64,000 bases of DNA from contig NC_085844.1 in assembly GCF_035594765.1 (NCBI RefSeq), positions 182,420,107 through 182,484,106 of the forward strand. The letters are read 5' to 3'. A program made the position numbers and the translations under genes. Each line of letters starts with the position of its first letter. Positions within the stretch are counted from its first letter, which is position 1. The notes beneath the pieces are model-generated. The model searched no databases. It had not been told where the DNA came from and worked only from the letters and a program-made list of their open reading frames with translations. Positions 39,701-62,736 of the stretch are shown in pieces. This DNA is from Anolis carolinensis (taxonomy: Eukaryota).

Positions 39701-40236
39701 GAACACGAATTTGAAAACTTGATTTTATTGGGTGACTTTAATGGAGTGATGAACGTGGATATAGATAAAACAAAAGACACAAAAAGAAAGAGTAAAAAGG
39801 GGGGGAGAGAATCTACCAAAAAACTTTATCAATCTGCAACAGGAAGTGGATTTACAAGATGTATGGAGATCCCACCACCCACAGGAAAGAGACTATACTT
39901 TTTTTCCTGACAGACACCATGTTTGGTCACGAATAGACATGGTATGGATCTCAAATTGCCTCTCAACTAAAATATCCAAAATGGAAATATTAGCTAGAAC
40001 TCATTCGGATCATTGCCCAATAAAATTTATAATACATGAAAGTAAAAAACCAGGGAAATGGAGGTTAAATGATCTACTATTAAAATCAGAAGAAGACATA
40101 GAGAAAAATAAACTTATATTGAAGGAATATTTTAAAATCAATACAACCCCAGGAATCTCGACCCAAACGGTATGGGAGGCCAGTAAGGCCGTCATGAGAG
40201 GCCACTTTATAAAACAGAACACATGGAGGAATAAAA
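36738..40236 (+). mobile_element. L1-clade LINE: 5'UTR, ORF1 (38307-39357, one frameshift) and ORF2 endonuclease; 3' part missing
   Basis: GC-rich start ggacttccgg...agatggcggc; coiled-coil plus RRM/CTD-like ORF1 (IDRVYR, PRDVIVHF); APE motifs NINGLN, LQETH, IYAPN, GDFN, SRID, SDH; stops after WEASKAVMRG. Confidence 0.93.
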
Positions 40237-41080
40237 GCTCAATCAGTTTAAACCTTTGTGAACCGCCTTGCATTTGGGATGGGAAAACGATGGGATACAA
40301 ATTCTTCCGTTTCCGTGTAAGAAAGGCAGAGCCTCTGACTTCTAACCATTCAAGAGAATGTGTAGACGCCTCATTAGGAACAAACCTAGTTAGACCATGG
40401 CTCAGATTTTTCCTTGTTGCCTTCCATACAATAGTATAGAAGGGTTTGGGCTCTGGTTTAACTATATCTAATTAAATGCATATAATTTCCAACATGTTTT
40501 CTTGATGCACTTAAATTCTGAGTACAGTGGAATGGTTGTTCATCAAGAAGTTTGTTCTAAACAAGCATGGAGAGAAAAAGACAAGAGATCCTTTGTGGTG
40601 AAAATTTTCACTTTAAACCGTTAGACCATATTCAAAGGTTTATGCATGCCCTAAGTACATGAAAGATTAGCCATCTTCCATAATAACTGAGGACTTCTGC
40701 AGGCTGATGTTCTACAAATCACACTGACTTGTTCCAGAAGCCAGCATACTATTATTTTTGTTGTTACTGGTGTTAGCACTGACTGAAAACCTATTCAGTC
40801 TTCATAAACATCTTTATCTTTTTAAAACTTTTCTGGTAAGAGGAACTATTGCAGTGGTAGAAAAGTATTACTACATAGTAGTGAAAAAAAGAATTCTTGG
40901 GAGGGATCTAGAAATATAACCTTGGTCTGGTTAATCCCTAAATGGAAGAGTTTCAGAAGAAGGTCATGACAAGCTCCCTGAGATATTCCTTGTCTTAAAA
41001 CACTGTATGAAATTAATGGGGGTTGTCATTATGTAAACAGAGGACTTGCAAGCACATAAACATGCAATGCATATATCATT

Positions 41081-41371
41081 CAGGTTGTGCTTCCCTTATC
41101 CCAAATGCTTGGGACAAGTAGTGTTTTAGATTTAGATTTTTTAATATTTTGGAATACCTGTATTTGCATATATACACATGATTAGATACACTGAAGATGG
41201 AACCCAAATTTCAATACGAAAATAATTTATGTTTCACACATCACCTGAAGAAAATATTGTAGAAAAAAAACCAGGGCAAATTGAGCACCAGAAAGTAAAA
41301 GCATCAGTATCTCAAATACCCATATGACCAATTTCAGATTTCAGAATTACAAATAAGGGATACTCAACCCA
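41081..41371. mobile_element. Tigger-like MITE
   Basis: TIR caggttg.g..tcccttat / ataagggatactcaacc. Confidence 0.6.
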
Positions 41372-41655
41372 TACTCATGAAGTATACTGACCACAATGGT
41401 GGCTACGTAATGTTTTACAAATATCTGTAAATGTTGGGCAATGCTTGTTTAACAACTATCCCCTCCATGTGAGGTTAAGGATTATTTTCCACTGCATTCA
41501 CAAAAATCAAGTAAGGGGTACACACAGGTCCACAAATGTTGCTGATAACACAAGAAGTTTCAGGCTTTTTTTGCAAATGCCATTACAGCTTTAACTTTTT
41601 AAAAGGCATGAAAAGATGGATAGTTTCCCTTCTGTCGTGCCATGTACTGTCCATT

Positions 41656-52682
<11,027 letters not shown>

Positions 52683-53655
52683 TGCCGTGGCTCTGCCGCA
52701 CCTCCGAAGCCCAAGCGCCGCCTCTCCAGGATGGACTGCCTTCTCTTGCATTGGGATGGGAAACGTAGGCGGAAGCAGCAGCAGCATTGCAGCCTATTGC
52801 AAAATGAATGCAATTTGACACCACTTTTATCGGCTGTTGCTCAAGGCTGCCGAATCCTGGGAGTTGTCGTTCTGCAAGGTCTTTAGCCCTCTCTGCCTAA
52901 GAGCGCAGGCGCCTTGCCAAATACAACTCCATGGATTCCATGGCATTGAGCCAAAGTGATGCCAAACTATACAAATTCCAGTGTGGGTCAGGCATGGGCA
53001 AACTTGGGTTTTCCTTCCAGGTATTTTGGACTTGAACTCCCACCCTTCCTAACAGCCTCAGGCCCTTTCCTTTTCCCCCTCAGCCGCTTAAGCGGAAGGA
53101 AGGAAGACCCAAGTTTGCCCATGCCTGGTGTAGATGCACCCACTCGACCCTGTGGAATCTGCACCCACAGTGTTTCCACCCTCCATAAAATCCCCATTCC
53201 CCAAAGTACATCTTGATTTTTCCATTTTTATATAAAGGACAGCATTTTACACCATTGTATATAACTGGAGTTGAGTTTCCACAGATTTTGATATCCACTG
53301 GGCTCCCAAAGCCATCAGATACCAAGGCCCCACTTCCAAGTCCAGGTTGATAGACCTGATCCAAAAATGCTTGGGCTCAGAACCATTTTGAATTGTTTAA
53401 TATTTGCATATACGTATTTATTTATTGCCATTCTACAAGGGGATTGCAGCTTTATAAGGTCTTTAACTGACTGACAGGAGTGTTGATGTCTCTCCAAACT
53501 ACAAATCCCAAGATCTCAAAGCCTTGAGCCATGGCAGTTAAAGTGGTGTCAAACTGCATTATATCTAGTGTTGATGATGCACTCTAAGACTCCAGACCAG
53601 CGTTGGAGTGTCTGTTCAGCCATGGTAACTTACTAGGGACCTTGAGCAAGTCACT

Positions 53656-54312
53656 TTGTTGTTGTTATTTGTTCAGTCGCTTCTGACTCTTCGTGACCTT
53701 ATGAACCAGCCCATACCAGAGCTCCCTGTCAGCTGTCTCCATGCCCATTTCTTTCAAGATCAAGCCAGTCACTTCAAGGATACCATCTTGCCCATGGTCG
53801 GCGCCTCTTCCTTTTTACTTCCATTTTCCCCAGCATCATTATCTTCTCCAGGCTTTCCTGTCTTCTCATTATGAGGCCAAATATCCTTCTCTCCAGTGAA
53901 CAGTTGGGCTTTATTTCCTGGATTATGGACTGGTTGAATCTTCTCATGGTCCAAGTCACTCTTAGAATTTTTCTCCAACACCACAGTTCAAAAGTGGCTA
54001 TCTTCCATTGCTCAGCCTTCCTTATGGTCCAGCTTTCGCATCCATAGGTTATTACAGGGAATACCATTGCTTTAACTATGCAGAACTTAGTTGCCCATGT
54101 GATGTCTCTACTCTTAACTATTTTATTGATATTGGTCACTGCTCTCCTTCCAAGAAGTAAACATCTTTTGATTTCCTGGCTGCAATAATCTTTGTGCCTA
54201 GAAATAGAAAGTCTGTCACTGCCTCCACGTTTTCTCCCTCTATTTGCCAGTAATCAATTAGTCTGGTTGTCTAATCTTGGTTTTTTTTTTATGTTTAACT
54301 GCAACCCAGCTT
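53656..54312 (-). mobile_element. BovB (RTE) LINE 3' fragment
   Basis: KSRDIT...VKAMVFPVITYGCESWT...FELWCWR; (CAA)n tail. Confidence 0.9.
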
Positions 54313-54496
54313 CCCTGAATAAATCTCACCAAGGAATTTTGCCTGAGAGTCATGAGTTGGAAACAAAGGCACACACAATACACATGCCAGCTCTCAAATT
54401 AAAGATTTACTTTCAAAATCTTCTAGATTAAATCCTTATTTGAAATCTTTAAGAGATTCTCTCAGGGCAGAGAGTACCCATTACCATGCCAAAAAC

Positions 54497-55542
54497 ACAG
54501 AATCATAGAATAATAGAGTTGGAAGAGACTTTATGGGCCATCCAGTCCAACCCCCTGCCAAGAAGCAGGAAGTCACATTCAAAGCACCCCCCACAGATGG
54601 CCATCCAGCCTCTGCTTAAAAGCCTCCAAAGAAGGAGCCTCCACCACAGTCCGGGGCAGAGAGTTCCACTGCTGAACAGCTCTCACAGTGAGGAGGTTCT
54701 TCTTGATGTTCAGGTGAAATCTCCTTTCCTGTAGTTTAAAGCCATTGTTCCTCGTCCTAGTCTCCAGGGCAGCAGAAAACAAGCTTGCTCCCTTCTCCCA
54801 ATAACTTCCCCTCACATATTTGTACATGACCCTCATGTCTCCTCTCAGCCTTCTCTTCTGCAGACTAAACATGCCCAGCTCTTTAAGCCGCTCCTCATAG
54901 GGCTTGTTCTCCAGACCATTGATCATTTTAGTATAGTAGACACTATACTCCTATTGATGCAGGCCAAAATCCCATTGGCCTTTTAAGCTGCCACATCACA
55001 TTGTTGGCTCATGTTTAACTTGTTGTCCACAAGGACTCCAAGGTCTTTTTCACACATACTGCTGTCGAGCCAGGCTGTCGAGCCATTCTGTATCTTTGCA
55101 TTCCATTTTTTCTGCCTAAGTGGAGTATCTTGCATTTGTCCCTGCTGAACTTCATTTTGTTAGTTTTGGCCCATCTCTTTAATCTGTTAAGATTGTTTTG
55201 AATTCTGCTCCTGTCTTCTGGAGTATTAGCTATCCCTCCCAGTTTGGTGTCTGCAAACTTGATGATCGTGCCTTCTAACCCTTCGTCTAAATCATTAATA
55301 AAGATGTTGAACAGAACCGGGCCCAGGACGGAACCCTGCGGTACTCCACTTGTCACTTCTTTCCAGGATGAAGGCGCATTGGTAAGCACCCTTCGGTTTG
55401 TTCGCTTAGCCAATTTACAGATCCAACTAACTGTAGTTTTGTCTAGCCCACATTTTACTAGTTTGTTTGCCAGAAGGTCATGGGGGACCTTGTCGAAGGC
55501 CTTACTGAAATCCAGGTATGCTACATCCACGGCGTTCCCTGT
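54497..55542 (-). mobile_element. CR1 LINE 3' portion
   Basis: YLDFSKAFDKVPH, GVPQGSVLGP, IKFADTK; attctatg tail. Confidence 0.95.
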
Positions 55543-55924
55543 ATGTTCACGTTCATATCTAAATTTCTTCAGGGAGCTATAATAATAATAATTTTATTTT
55601 TACATCCCGCTCCCATCTCCCCAGAGGGGACTCGGGGCAGCTCACATGGGGACAAGCCCAGTTTCAACATACAATAAAATACTGCATAATTAAACCAATG
55701 TAAAACAGGTAAAATAGTATAAACATACAAACCGGCATAAAACATAAACATCAGAACATTAGAGTCTGAATATAATATACAAACTGTAAGATAAAATTCA
55801 GACTCTACAAGAGGGAATTAAGGATCTCATTACAGATTTCAATCAATAAAAGTGGAGTGTGATAAAGTGCAGTAGTTGTGGCAATAACTAACCGGAACTA
55901 TTTATTCGAATGCACATTGAAATA

Positions 55925-56232
55925 CAGTAGAGTCTCACTTGTCCAATATTCTGGATTATCCAACACATTTTTGTAGTCAATGTTTTCAATACATCGTGAT
56001 ATTTTGGTGCTAAATTCGTAAATACAGTAATTACTACACAGCATTACTACATATTGAACTACTTTTTCTGTCAAATTTATTGTCTAACATGATGTTTTGT
56101 TGCTTAATTTGTAAAATCATAACCTAATTTGATGTTTAATAGGCTTTTCCTTAATCCCTCCTTATTATCCAACATATTTGCTTATCCAACATTCTGCCAG
56201 CCCGTTTATGTTGGATAAGTGAGACTCTACTG
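55925..56232. mobile_element. Tc1/mariner-superfamily MITE
   Basis: TA TSD; TIR cagtagagtctcactt / aagtgagactctactg. Confidence 0.85.
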
Positions 56233-56717
56233 TAACCATGTTTTAAGGTCCTTTCGAAAGATGGATAGTGATAAAACCAGCCTCTAAGTTGGCTACCACA
56301 TTATGACCTGAAAAACATGTTCCAGTGTCCCTTGTGTTATTGCAAAGACTTGAAATATCCTGTCGCTTTAGATATGGATCAGATCTGGCCAATATAGTGT
56401 ACATTGTCCTATATTTCTTGAATATTCCTGAACACATTTGCTCAATTTCAGCATGTGCTAAAATGCTGTAAGACCCACACAAAAAAACAAATGCTTTCAC
56501 ATGTCACAGGAAATATGTTTAATATGGAAATCTACAGAAATGTTTTTTTAACAGCTGCAAATCTTCCACGGAGCACAGGTGTTATCCTGATGACCAGAGA
56601 TTGCCAGAGACAAGGTTCCATTCTTCTCTAGACACAGATATAGAGCAGCACATCTATTCAAACGGAACATGCTCAGGGATTCAGGTATGAAGAAGAAGCA
56701 GACAGATTTGCGAATTG

Positions 56718-59700
56718 TTACTTCAGTTTTGGGAAGAGCTTATGAGCCACCTGAAAGCGAAGAAATAAACACATTAAGGAAAATATATGCAACCTATTAG
56801 TTCCTTTGGGAACAATTGTGCCCCATGCACAATAATCTTTGTCTCGTCACATTCCAGAAAGCTATTTATACAGGGATGTACTGTAATAGCAGCATATTGT
56901 CTCATAGAATTTAATAAAACTTTTGCATCGTTACTCAAAAGTCTTGTCTAAACTATCAATGTAAATAAGATGTCTAAAAATCATACATTTTATGCTAGAA
57001 ACCTGAAAGTATTTTAATGCCTACAGAACGCCAAAATGAAATTTCAATTTTTTTGCAAATGAGTGGATACTTAATTGTTCCTTATTTTATGCTGATGGCA
57101 AGTTTCTGTGATTCAGCACTAGGGAGGCTTCACAGTCACAAACTAACACTTACACAATGATCTCTAGCATGCAAGAAGTCAAAGAGTTCCTCTGTACACC
57201 GTTCTTCCGTATGGGACCTAGAGGACACTCGAGCATCACACTCCTCCAGACGTTCCCTGGCTTTCACACATTTTTCTGTCTGTTCACAGTGTTCCCTGAT
57301 AGTAGTCAAAGGATCCTGGAAAGAAAGTGATGTGTGAACAATTAATCGAGATCTCATTGCTAAAAGAGTGGTTCATCTTTATCAAGACAAGCTGATAATA
57401 AAAATGTACCTTCTGTAGCCCTACAATTATAACAAGTTTAGAAATCCTGAACTATATCCTTATAACTTCATCAATTTTATACTACGTACTTCCTATACTG
57501 AACAGCATCTTCAAGTGGTGCATAGTGTTAACAATGTGTCATTTCAAAATAATGTACTATTCTTCCTGTATCATCATTTTAAAAAGATATGATTAGGAGT
57601 CCTAGAATTATAAATGAGTTATGTATGACTGATTAGGGAGCAGGCCCCACATATAGCCTGCAGTCCATACAGAATTCATTTTTTACTCTAAAATAAATGT
57701 TGGTGCTTGCAAAAAACAAACATACATGTTTTGAGCTTTCTAGACAGCACAGTTTAAAACAGTGGTTTTCAACCTTTTTTTGACCAGGGATCACTTTGAC
57801 CAGGGACCACTCTCCAACATTAGTACCAAAAGGGTTGCAAATCAGTTTTTGGTCAACTTTAGATTTGGTTTGGTTATTTGAGATGCTAATTCAGAAAATT
57901 GCATAGGATAGACCACATCAGCTCTGATGCAGAACATATGCCATCCAGTAGCCGCCATCTGCTCACCCACAGAAAACCATATTTAATAATCCAGAGCTGA
58001 TGTGGTCTATCCAATGCAATGGTCAGCTCTGCAGAAAGGGGTGGAAATAAAATAAATAAAATGGATAAATAAAGAGGAAGGAGGTTCGCGGACTGGATTT
58101 TCATTGAGAACCACTGATTTAAAAGAACAAATTATAAAAAGCATAGAATAACATGCAACACTGATATTTGCACAGGATAGCAAAAAGTTTAAACTAGGCT
58201 TTACCCCTTCCATCTATCTATTAATGTATCACTATTCCTAAATTATCAGTTTCCAAGAAAAACACTGTATACTTCTGAGGATTAAAGCAAGATATAGTTA
58301 TACTTAGAAAGATCAACTTTTCTGAATGTGACAATGTGCAGAAATCAGTGTAGTACTCTACCCATATTAAAAATTATACAAGTTGGCAATATGGTAAGTA
58401 CCATAAGAGACTGCATTATGATTCTAAGATAAAGTGTTATTTGGGTATTGAAGGACTACCGGCATCTCATTTTTACTAATTAACTTTTGATTCTGAACCT
58501 GAATACTCGCTACCATTTTGTGCCATTAACAGCTTTCGAGATCTAATAGGGAAATTTCTTAGAAACTATTTTTTGTTGTTACTCATGATCACCAGGGAAA
58601 CCTGGTCAGTTATTATTATTAAAATTACATACCACAAGGTCTTCTTCCTCCTCCTCCTCCTGGATCAGAAAACAAGAAAATCAGAATGGACTTACAAGTG
58701 TGCTTACATTTACACAATGAGAATACACCCAGTCATAGCTACACCAACAATTATGTCAACTATTTCCATTTTTGCTTTATTTTATTTTGTGTCAAAAGCA
58801 TTGCATAATAAATAAATTTAAAAAGTGATGAAATAAAAGAAATCACAAGCAGCTAAATAGTTTTAGACCAAAAGCAGGCAACAGCAACCACATTGTCCCT
58901 AGCTTTAAACAACTCCTCCTCTGTACATGAGGCAGGACATTGTGGGCAAGCATACATATGAGGAGTTGTTTGTTCTGCTCTACAGCCACACAAGGTGGAG
59001 GATTCCTCCAGGTAGTGCCACTTTGCCAAGTTGTCTTTTGATCTGCCCACTCCGCTTCTGAGTCTGTTTAGGGACTTCTAAGTTGCCCATTCTTGGTTTG
59101 CCCCTGGAGGAAGACCCTCATGGGGGGCCATCCAGTTAGAATTGCCTGGTTTAGCTACCCAGAGGGACACTCTTGCTGTTGCTGGGGGAACAACTAGAGG
59201 AGTGGTGGTTCTCATGAAGCCCTTCCTTGATTTGAGTCTGGTGGGAGGAGGCTGATAGTCATGCAGTGGGTGGCTTTCACAATGTTCGACCTTATTCCTC
59301 TCACAGTTAGCAACAACTTCCAGTCGCACGTCAGGAGGGGCAATGGCGGCTAACTTGTAGGGTTTATCAACAGGTGTAAGTTTAAGGCATCCTGTGATTA
59401 TTCTGCATGTTTTGTTCAGTGCTATGGCCACCTGCTTCGCATGGGCAGACTTGTGCCAGACAGGATAAATGTCTATGGGGGACATAGAAAGAGCCTCCTC
59501 GAAGACTGAGTGAATTCAGTCGGGCGTCCCCCGGGCAACGTTTCTTGTAAACAGTTAATCTTTCCAACTCAAAAGCTTTTTTAATTTTTTTTGTTAAATA
59601 CTATAGTTCTCTATTATAACACATGTTTTATATTTGCTTAGTACAGAAAATATTTTTTTTAATTCCTAGATACTTGTCTCATATTTATGCAAGCTGATTT

Positions 59701-62327
59701 TCAAAACCAATATAAAATTTACATTTTTGCAGGCCAGGCTGTAAGTAGAAACCTAACCTGGGATATAATACAAATATAATGGCTTTCAAAAGATCATGTG
59801 AATTAAATCAGAAAAAATGCAAAGATAAACAGAAACAGTACTGAAAGGGATATTGCATAGAATGTTTTTTCAAAGTACAGTAGATACACTACAAAGTCAT
59901 AATTATTGTAGGAAAGACGATTTAAAGTACCTAAAACCCATAAAATGGTAATGGGAAATCAATTTGAAAATCAGAGCATATAGGTTCACACACAAAAGAA
60001 GTTAATATCTCTATGAAAAGTGGGACGGGGTAGGGCATGATAAATACAGTAATGATGAAACTAGAGGATTTAATATAAATATTAAGGAGAAGCAAGTAGT
60101 GATGAAAAAGCTAAAATTAAAAAAAACCCCACAGAATTTGTTTAGAATATTTATATGCATCTGAGTAAAATAGTGGTTTCCAACCTTTGGGCTTCCAGGC
60201 GTTTTGGACTTCAACTCCCAAAAATCCCAGCCAGCTTATCAGTGGTTGGGAACCACTGGAGTAAAGCAGATTTCAGTGAAGTAATTTGTCTCCTGCCATG
60301 ATCAGTTATAAGGTGCTCAATGGGGCTAGCTAGTGCATTAGTCCATTTATGTATGAATGTAAATTGGTTCGTCTCTGTCTGAGGCCTATCCTCCAGCTCA
60401 TCCCAATCTACCAGTGAGAGAATAAGAAACTATCACTGAAGGCATCTACACTGTAGAATCAATGCAGTTTGATACCACTTTAACTACTGTGTCTCAATGC
60501 TATGGAATCATGAGACTTTTAGTTTTACAATGTCTTTATCCTTCTCGTCCAATGAGCGCTGTCACTCACCAAATAACAAATACCATGACTCCTTAGGATT
60601 GGGCTATGACCATTAAACTGGTGTAGGACTGCACTAATTCGACAGTGTAGATGCAACCATTGATGACACACTCCTATACACATAGTTCCCAGGAAGTATG
60701 GGCCCTTCCAGACAGGCCCTATATCCCATGATATGATCCCAGATTTTCTGCTTTAAAATTGATTATATGAGTTCCCACTGCCAGATAATCTGGGATAAAC
60801 AGAAAACCTGGGATATAGAGCTGGAAGAATCATTGGCCTTTGCTCTGAGTAAGTCATTTTAGGTAGAGAGTGAATAGAAGTGAGCATAATAACCAGTGGG
60901 AGGACAAACCAATCCAGTGTGTCCACTGAACACTGAAGGAGAATGGGATATACTCTCATGTAAGGAGGGAGGGTCATCTAAGTATCCTAAATTCATCAGA
61001 ACCTATATGATCTTGGAAGCTAAGCAGGGTATGCCTTGATTAGCATGTGGGTGGGGAATCAACAAATGTCTGGTGCTGCAGACTATATTTCAGAAGAAAG
61101 AAATTATAAAGCACCCCTGAGTCTTCAGGTGCATCTACAGTATAGAACGAAGGCTGTTTGTCGTCACTGTAACTGCACATGGTTCAATGCTATGGAATTA
61201 CTGGAGCTGTAGTTTTGCAATCTCTGCTGAAGAGGGCAAACTATACTAGGAATCCCTAGTATGGAGCGATGGCAGTTAAAGTGGGGTCAAACCAAATCAC
61301 TTCTACAATAGGTTACCTTCCCACAGAAGAGATACCTATTCATCTCACATCTCTCATGTTTTCGAACTGCTAGGTTGGCAGAAGCTGGGGCTAACAGCGG
61401 GAGCTCACTCCACTCCCCGGATTCGAACTGCCAACCTTTCGGTCGGCAAGTTCAGCAGCTCAGCGGTTTAATCTGCTGCACCACCAGAGGCAGTTTAACC
61501 CACCACCAGGGGCGGAATATAAACGCTTTAAATAAATAAATAATAAATAAACTTGGGCCACCCAGGAGTTTTGGACTTCAACCCCCACAATTCCTAACAG
61601 CCTACTGGCTGTAATATCAAAGGCCTTCATGGCTGGAATCACTGGGTTGCTGTACGGCCATGTTCCAGAAGCATTATCTCCTGACATTTCACCCACATCT
61701 ATAACAGGTATCCTCAGAGGTTGTGAGGTCTGTTGGAAACTACAGTCAAGTGGGGTTTATGTATCTGTGGAATGTCCAGGGTGGGAGAAAGGATTTCCCC
61801 CAGGCAGGAAATGGCCAAGCTTTGAAGCTGCAAGGCCATTCAATGCTAATTCAACATTCATACTTACCTCAAACAGACAAGAGTTCTTTCTCCCACTCTA
61901 GACATTATTCCACAGATATATAAACACCAACAGACCTCACAACCTCTGAGGATGCCTGTCATAGATGTGGGTGAAACGTCAGGAGAGAATGCTTCTGGAA
62001 CATGGCCATACAGCCCGGAAAACTCACAGCAACCCAACCTACCGCCTATTAGGAATTGAGGAAGTTGAAGTACAAAACTCCTGGAGGGCTGAAGTTTGGC
62101 CATGCCTGGTATAGATGCATCTATAGGAAGAGCTGCAAGGAGAACAAGGAAGGAAGGCCCGAAGGTGGCAGAGGCGAGGGTGAGTGGCTATCAGAGAAGG
62201 AAATAAAAGACTTGATGTCTCCTGAAGGGAAAGGATAGACCTCGCTGCTTCTTGATTCAGAGAAAGCGGAGCTTACCTCAGGGTCCCCGCTCCGTCCCTC
62301 CAGCGCGGACTCGTCCTGCCTCCCCAT
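56718..62327 (-). CDS. UQCRH: Cytochrome b-c1 complex hinge protein, 4 coding exons, 90 aa
   Basis: Exons 62277-62327 ([17 protein letters not shown]), 58633-58659 (27-nt microexon EEEEEEDLV), 57154-57315 ([10 protein letters not shown]...FLHARDHC), 56718-56750 ([10 protein letters not shown]); all GT-AG, phase 0; candidate ATTAAA at 56518-56523. Confidence 0.97.
57760..58116. mobile_element. Non-autonomous hAT element
   Basis: TIR cagtggttttcaa / ttgagaaccactg; 8-bp TSD gtttaaaa/atttaaaa. Confidence 0.8.
58776..59466 (-). mobile_element. Vingi (Ingi-related) LINE 3' fragment
   Basis: PVWHKSAH...CRIITGCLK...IAPPDVR...RLKSRK and C-terminal CGC...QTTPHMYAC finger; 3' end tgacacaaaataaaataaa resembles the SINE family end. 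Confidence 0.8.
59477..59565 (+). ncRNA. HDV-like ribozyme fold (probable Vingi 5' end); this copy has T at the catalytic C position
   Basis: P1 GGGGGAC/GTCCCCC, P2 GAAAGA/TCTTTC, P3 GCC/GGC, L3 TCCTCG plus inserted hairpin, GGGCAAC, P4 GTTT/AAAC, J4/2 AGTTAA. Confidence 0.75.
60990..61110 (+). mobile_element. 5S rRNA-derived SINE fragment
   Basis: tgatcttggaagctaagcagggt resembles 5S box A; another relic near 49640-49735. Confidence 0.6.
61313..61490 (-). mobile_element. Sauria SINE 5' half
   Basis: Matches the head and body of copies at 7942-8628. Confidence 0.8.
61615..62035. mobile_element. Inverted pair of Penelope pseudo-LTR fragments nested in a hAT MITE
   Basis: Minus copy at about 61615-61790 and plus copy at about 61790-62035; MITE halves on either side. 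Confidence 0.85.
61935..61987 (+). ncRNA. Minimal type I hammerhead ribozyme motif (Penelope-associated)
   Basis: CTGAGGA (61946-61952), stem II gcctg/tgggt, GAAA (61973-61976), minimal palindromic stem III, GTC cleavage triplet (61978-61980), stem I cct/agg. Confidence 0.75.
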
Positions 62328-62615
62328 CTTTAATTCAAGCCTCAGAAGGACGCTCAAGGGTCATCCCACGCACACTCCAACGGATATCCCGCCCCATTCC
62401 GAGACCCGCTTCCGGTCGACCTTCTTAAGGTGGCTCCTCCCCTTTCCTTATTCGCCGGCGTAAGACGAAGTGTCCGACTCTACCAAGATGGCCGACCAGT
62501 TCCGACCTCCTGAATATGGCGGCCGCATCACGCCTCTACCTAACAATGAGGGACCCTCCCAAGATGGCGTCACCCAGCCAAGTTCTTCCAGGAGCTTGCT
62601 AGCGCCTGGGCCATC
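62328..62615. promoter_or_regulatory. Bidirectional CpG-rich promoter of UQCRH/LRRC41
   Basis: 288 bp between start codons; YY1-like motifs at 62484-62494, 62513-62523 and 62560-62569; ETS/GABP-like gcttccggt at 62408-62416. Confidence 0.8.
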
Positions 62616-62736
62616 ATGGAGGCCGAGTCTGAGGAGGAGGTTGCTGCTGCCTCTGAGCAAAGGCCTCTCAGCCTTTTCCAGCTCAGTGGGAAGAGAGTCA
62701 GCTCCATCATGGGACGAGTCGAGAAAGAGGTTTGGG
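62616..62736 (+). CDS. LRRC41: Leucine-rich repeat-containing protein 41, coding exon 1 (gene continues off the right edge)
   Basis: MEAESEEEVAAASEQRPLSLFQLSGKRVSSIMGRVEKEVW resembles the LRRC41 BC-box region ([24 protein letters not shown], from memory); phase-1 donor G|gtaaga; conserved head-to-head position with UQCRH. Confidence 0.85.

Noticed and set aside
61500-61516. CTCF-like ccaccagggggcg
   Set aside because: Explained by a duplicated SINE head end; no independent support.
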